Shown in pieces: positions 60,139-64,000 of a DNA stretch of 64,000 nucleotides. The translations under genes and the position numbers were made by a program. The stretch comes from an uncultured Nitrospirales bacterium (GTDB taxonomy: Bacteria; Hydrogenedentota; Hydrogenedentia; Hydrogenedentales; CAILVY01), in NCBI GenBank assembly GCA_964474205.1, contig CAYYRW010000005.1, positions 154,161 to 218,160 of the forward strand. Reading direction: 5' to 3'. The notes beneath the pieces are model-generated. The model made no database searches and was not told the origin of the DNA. It saw only the letters and a program-made list of their open reading frames with translations. Position 1 is the first letter of the stretch. Every line of letters begins with the position of its first letter.

Positions 60139-62344
60139 ACGGACTCCGCTCCTATTGCGCTTTTCCTCCGCAGGCGTGGTGTTCGCGGGGTTTCTGGCAT
60201 TGACCGCGGTCAGGGAATACAGTCCCTTGATTCTTTTCTTTCCTCTGCTATTGCTCCTGCTCACACCTCCGGGGGAATGGCTGGACCGGCACTACCGGGC
60301 GTACCGGATTTTCTCCAAAGGGATTTCCATAACCTTTTTATGTTTCATCCCTCTGTTCTTTCTGATACTCGGCGTCCTCAATGGCGTGCTCGTGGTGATT
60401 GTGTTCGTGCTCGCCTACACCCTCCTTCACAAGAAATCCGAGTCCAATTACTATCACTTGTACCTGATGTCCTTCTTTCTGGTGCTGGCGGCCTGTGCGC
60501 AATCCCCCGAACCCCTTATCGGTCTGGCCATGCTCCTGTTTCTGGTCAGTTCCATCTGGGCCTTCATCGCGCTGCGTTTGTATATGGACGCATTGATCAG
60601 CATTGCCACCCCCCCCGAAATCATCGGAAAAACCGGCGCCGTATCGGCCGCCCCCATAAATCTTTCAGCACGTTTTGACGCTGGTTTGATACTGGCCATT
60701 TTTCTTGTCTCATGCATCGCCGTGGTGCTCACCTCTGTTTTTTTTGTGGCCACCCCGCGCGTCGAAGCGGGTTTTCTCGGGCGCAACCCCCTTGAATTGA
60801 CCCGCACCGGCATTCCCCGCACGGTCAACTTGGCCCGCAGAACCATTTTGACGGAAGACGCCACCGCCGTCATGCGCGTCACCTTCCCCGACGAGCCCAA
60901 CGGCCAGTATACCGGCGAGATGTACTGGCGCATCACCACCTTGCCCCGCTACGATGGCGTCCAATGGAAACACGCCCCCCTCAATGACACCGGCCTGCCC
61001 AACGTGCCCAACACCGCGCTTGCTTCGCTGATGGCCCCCTTTCGAAGCCATGTGCTCGTTGCCGACCGGAGCAAATCCACCAGTCAGCGTATTGTTCGCC
61101 AGGAAATTTACATGGAAGACGTCCCCAGTGAAGGCATCCCCTGTTTGGACCTTGTCTGGCGCGTTTCGCTTCAAAGCACCTCCAGGGGCATGAGTGTCCT
61201 CTGGGATTCCACAAAAGACTTCACGGTGCTGCTCCAAAGCATCCGTGAACGCCGTGCCGCGTATGAAGTTTTGTCTGAAATTCCGCATATAGACCCCGCA
61301 CTTTTGCGTGCCGCCCCCACGGATTATGCCGCCCGAATGCCCCCCCAGGATTTTACGCTGCTCACCCGGCACGACCTCCTGCCAGAAACCATGGCCTTGG
61401 TCAACGATATCACTAAAAATGCCCAAAACCCCTATGACAAGGCATGTGCCATCCAAGCGTGGCTCAGCGGACCTAATTTCCGTTACTCCCTCATCGTGCC
61501 GCCGCTCCCGGAACGTAATCCCATGGACGCCTTTCTGTTGCGCGAACGGCGGGGCCATTGCGAACTCTTCAGCAGCGCGATGGCCCTTATGTTGCGCGGA
61601 CTCGGAATTCCCGCACGTGTGGTGAGCGGATATCGCGGGGGAGAGTGGAACACCTTCGACGGCTCTTACACCATCCGTGCGCGCATGGCGCACCTCTGGG
61701 TGGAAGCGTTGTTCCCCGGGGTGGGCTGGGTGCGTTTTGATCCCTCCCCGCGCTCCAATCTCGAAGACCCCATGGGCTTTCGCGCGATGGCCGGGTGGTT
61801 GTCCGGATTTTCCCTGCGCGCCAAAATGCTCTGGCACCAGGAAGTCATTCGCTTCGACCGCGGCGCGCAACTCAAGCGCCTCCAAGACCTTTCCTTGGGG
61901 CTGGTCCGCTGGTTTCAAAAAAACGAGTCCGAAGAGACGCCCCCTGAAACGGCCCCTCAGGCCCCGCCCGCCCTGAGCGGCACGATGAAGATCGCCGTCA
62001 TCCTTCTGGTGGGCGTCTTAATTCTCATGGCCTTTCTGCGTCCGCAACGCATCTCTTCAAGACCCGCCGTTGCACTTACGGACGACCAGAAGCGCGCCCA
62101 AACCCTTTACCGGAACCTTATCCGAAAACTGGGCCGGTTCGGCGTCTCGATGCCCAACCGGGTCCCCGGAGAAGAATTCCCCGAACTCCCAAGGGAACTG
62201 GAATCCGCGAAATCATTTATCCAGGAACTTCTATCCACCTATCTCGAATGCCGCTTTGGGAAACGCCCCCTTTCTCGAAATCACTATCGGCTCCTCCTGC
62301 GGAACATGCGCCACATCGGAAAAAACCGACCTATTTCCCCTTGA
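60131..62344 (+). CDS. DUF3488/transglutaminase-like (TgpA-type) membrane protein
   Basis: Multi-TM N-terminus; GHCELFSSAM (Cys), GIPARVVSGY, AHLWVE (His), WVRFDPSP (Asp). Confidence 0.9.
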   Translation: MPERTPLLLRFSSAGVVFAGFLALTAVREYSPLILFFPLLLLLLTPPGEWLDRHYRAYRIFSKGISITFLCFIPLFFLILGVLNGVLVVIVFVLAYTLLHKKSESNYYHLYLMSFFLVLAACAQSPEPLIGLAMLLFLVSSIWAFIALRLYMDALISIATPPEIIGKTGAVSAAPINLSARFDAGLILAIFLVSCIAVVLTSVFFVATPRVEAGFLGRNPLELTRTGIPRTVNLARRTILTEDATAVMRVTFPDEPNGQYTGEMYWRITTLPRYDGVQWKHAPLNDTGLPNVPNTALASLMAPFRSHVLVADRSKSTSQRIVRQEIYMEDVPSEGIPCLDLVWRVSLQSTSRGMSVLWDSTKDFTVLLQSIRERRAAYEVLSEIPHIDPALLRAAPTDYAARMPPQDFTLLTRHDLLPETMALVNDITKNAQNPYDKACAIQAWLSGPNFRYSLIVPPLPERNPMDAFLLRERRGHCELFSSAMALMLRGLGIPARVVSGYRGGEWNTFDGSYTIRARMAHLWVEALFPGVGWVRFDPSPRSNLEDPMGFRAMAGWLSGFSLRAKMLWHQEVIRFDRGAQLKRLQDLSLGLVRWFQKNESEETPPETAPQAPPALSGTMKIAVILLVGVLILMAFLRPQRISSRPAVALTDDQKRAQTLYRNLIRKLGRFGVSMPNRVPGEEFPELPRELESAKSFIQELLSTYLECRFGKRPLSRNHYRLLLRNMRHIGKNRPISP

Positions 62345-63671
62345 CCGGCTTGGCCGGCGCCTGGGGTTTTGCGGGAGGTTGCGGCTTGGGCTTGGCCGCA
62401 TTCAACAACAATCCCACCGAATCCGCCTCCCATAGCGCCACCGCCAAGTCCATCTGCTCGTTCTGATCAAAATCCCCCATGCACAAGGCCCGCGGACGCC
62501 CCTGCTCGAAGGCATATTCCTCCCGGTGAAACCGTTGTTGCTTGGACGTATCGGAAGACACATTGATCAGCACAATGACCTTCCCCGAGGCATAACAGGC
62601 CACCCCAAAATCCGGCTTCCCGTCCCCGGTCAAATCCTCCGCCACCATATCGCGAATCTCATGCTCCAGCACGCCGCGGTCCGTCCCCAGCATGATTTCC
62701 TGCGATACGCTGAAGGAAAACGGTCCGTCCCCATAAAAAATCACCAGCGAATCTTCCGTATGTGAATGCGCCACCACAATATCCGGCAGCCCATCCTGAT
62801 TCACGTCGCAAATTCGCGCTTTCGTGGGGAGATGCCCCCGGGTGGGAAGGCGGGCCGCTTCCGAAAAAGCTCCGCTCCCATCGCCTTTCCAAAGCGTCAA
62901 TTCTCCCGTGGCATACATGGCCACCGCCAAATCACTCTCTTTGTCCCCGTCAAAATCCGCCACCGCCACATCCCGCGGTCCGCCCGCCGCCTTGATAAAC
63001 TTCGGCGCGCCAAAATACGCCGTGGCATCCCCCGGCATGAATACCAGCACGTCACTGGACCAGCCCGCCGCCACCAGGTCCCGCAACCCATCATGGGTAA
63101 TATCCTGCACCGCCACCGAGGTCAGTCCCGGACGCGTAAACACCTCGTTTCCATCCCCGTCCGTCTGCCGGAAATAGGGGAGGGCATCCTCCTGAAAACG
63201 AAACTCCACGGGAAGAAACACATTCTCCTGCTGATTGTTCAGGAAAAGCGATATGGGATTGTGCTTGGTCGCCAGAAAACTGGCCACAATGATGTCCGGC
63301 CATTTCATGGCGTCCACATTCGCCACGGCCAAGGCATAGGGGGCGAATCCCGTTTTCAGGGAAGGATGCAGTTTCGCATAATTCAACCGTTCATTCGGCA
63401 CGAGAATCGAAATCTCGTCATTCGCCGGGCGCTCCTCCCGCGGGTCCCCCAATACGCCCCGGTCCGCCGTGATGATTTCCGGCAGCCCATCCCCGTTAAG
63501 GTCTTGGGCGATAATCGCCGAGGGATTCGGGCCCACCTGATAAAGCATCGCATGTTTCACAAAGGCATCCGCATGGGCCAATGACATCAGTCCTAGGCTT
63601 GCGAAAGCGGCCCAGCACCAACCACGCCCTAAATGCCGCCCCGGCTTTCGGGGGACTATTGCCTGATTCAT
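62331..63671 (-). CDS. Exported FG-GAP/VCBS repeat beta-propeller protein
   Basis: Signal peptide; repeated DLNGDGLPEI, DITHDGLRDL, DFDGDKESDL, DVNQDGLPDI, DLTGDGKPDF, DFDQNEQMDL. Confidence 0.9.
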   Translation of the reverse strand: MNQAIVPRKPGRHLGRGWCWAAFASLGLMSLAHADAFVKHAMLYQVGPNPSAIIAQDLNGDGLPEIITADRGVLGDPREERPANDEISILVPNERLNYAKLHPSLKTGFAPYALAVANVDAMKWPDIIVASFLATKHNPISLFLNNQQENVFLPVEFRFQEDALPYFRQTDGDGNEVFTRPGLTSVAVQDITHDGLRDLVAAGWSSDVLVFMPGDATAYFGAPKFIKAAGGPRDVAVADFDGDKESDLAVAMYATGELTLWKGDGSGAFSEAARLPTRGHLPTKARICDVNQDGLPDIVVAHSHTEDSLVIFYGDGPFSFSVSQEIMLGTDRGVLEHEIRDMVAEDLTGDGKPDFGVACYASGKVIVLINVSSDTSKQQRFHREEYAFEQGRPRALCMGDFDQNEQMDLAVALWEADSVGLLLNAAKPKPQPPAKPQAPAKPVKGK

Positions 63672-63686
63672 TTCAATTCCTCTTCG

Positions 63687-64000
63687 TTATCCGGCCAACT
63701 GCGCGGCCAGCCGGAGCGCCGCCAAAAGACTGTGCTCCCGCGCAATCCCTTGGCCCGCGATATCATACGCCGTGCCATGGTCCACCGAGGTGCGGACAAT
63801 CGGGATGCCCAGCGTCACGTTCACCCCTTCGTCCATGGCGACTAACTTCAACGGAATGTGGCCCTGATCATGATACATCGCAATCACCATGTCGAACCGG
63901 CCATCCCGCATTTTACCGAATAACGTATCAGGGGGATGCGGGCCGCCGCAATCAATTCCTTCATTCCGGCATTGTCGAACCGCCGGGGCAATTTCTTCGA
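63687..64000 (-). CDS. pdxA: 4-hydroxythreonine-4-phosphate dehydrogenase (C-terminal part, 5' truncated by window)
   Basis: [44 protein letters not shown]. Confidence 0.93.
   Translation of the reverse strand, partial: EEIAPAVRQCRNEGIDCGGPHPPDTLFGKMRDGRFDMVIAMYHDQGHIPLKLVAMDEGVNVTLGIPIVRTSVDHGTAYDIAGQGIAREHSLLAALRLAAQLAG

Overview
A 64-kb bacterial window, densely coding and GC-rich. I recognised no rRNA, tRNA, CRISPR array, integrase or IS element. A DUF1559/H-X9-DG prepilin-like gene plus diderm envelope genes suggests Candidatus Hydrogenedentota or a PVC-like lineage (inference only). Gene order: tatC (partial)-tatB-cysK; a GMC oxidoreductase; a CxxC...RAPP leader ORF ahead of the DUF1559 gene; perR-katA; a C(X)5R phosphatase; a PAS sigma-54 activator followed by a ~12-kb co-oriented metallocluster locus; two metallophosphoesterases; murC-ftsQ-ftsZ-pilT without ftsA; a GH-like protein; exbB-exbD-TPR-TonB-like/VWA-GHMP kinase; CoA transferase; D-Ala-D-Ala dipeptidase; ECF sigma/anti-sigma; two sugar ABC permeases; two Gfo/Idh/MocA oxidoreductases, a PPIase, a DegT aminotransferase and a VWA-OmpA lipoprotein; ligA-mlaEFD-pqiC-like; a Ser-less alpha/beta hydrolase; moxR-DUF58-transglutaminase; an FG-GAP protein; pdxA (partial). 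The metallocluster locus holds three NifB/NifX domains, Gly/Arg-rich small proteins, DUF4405, a locally orphan hydG, Prx6, a TrmO-methyltransferase fusion, two ferredoxin-MinD ATPases, a radical SAM protein, a PLP lyase and Mrp-NifX. Best candidates for undescribed systems: (1) a putative metal-sensing RAPP ribosome-arrest leader controlling a pilin-like DUF1559 protein; (2) the sigma-54 HydG plus IssA/NifX-like locus with two near-identical non-canonical -24/-12 promoters; (3) an ExbBD motor paired with a TonB-type transducer ending in a VWA domain. All family calls come from motif recognition by eye; no searches were run.
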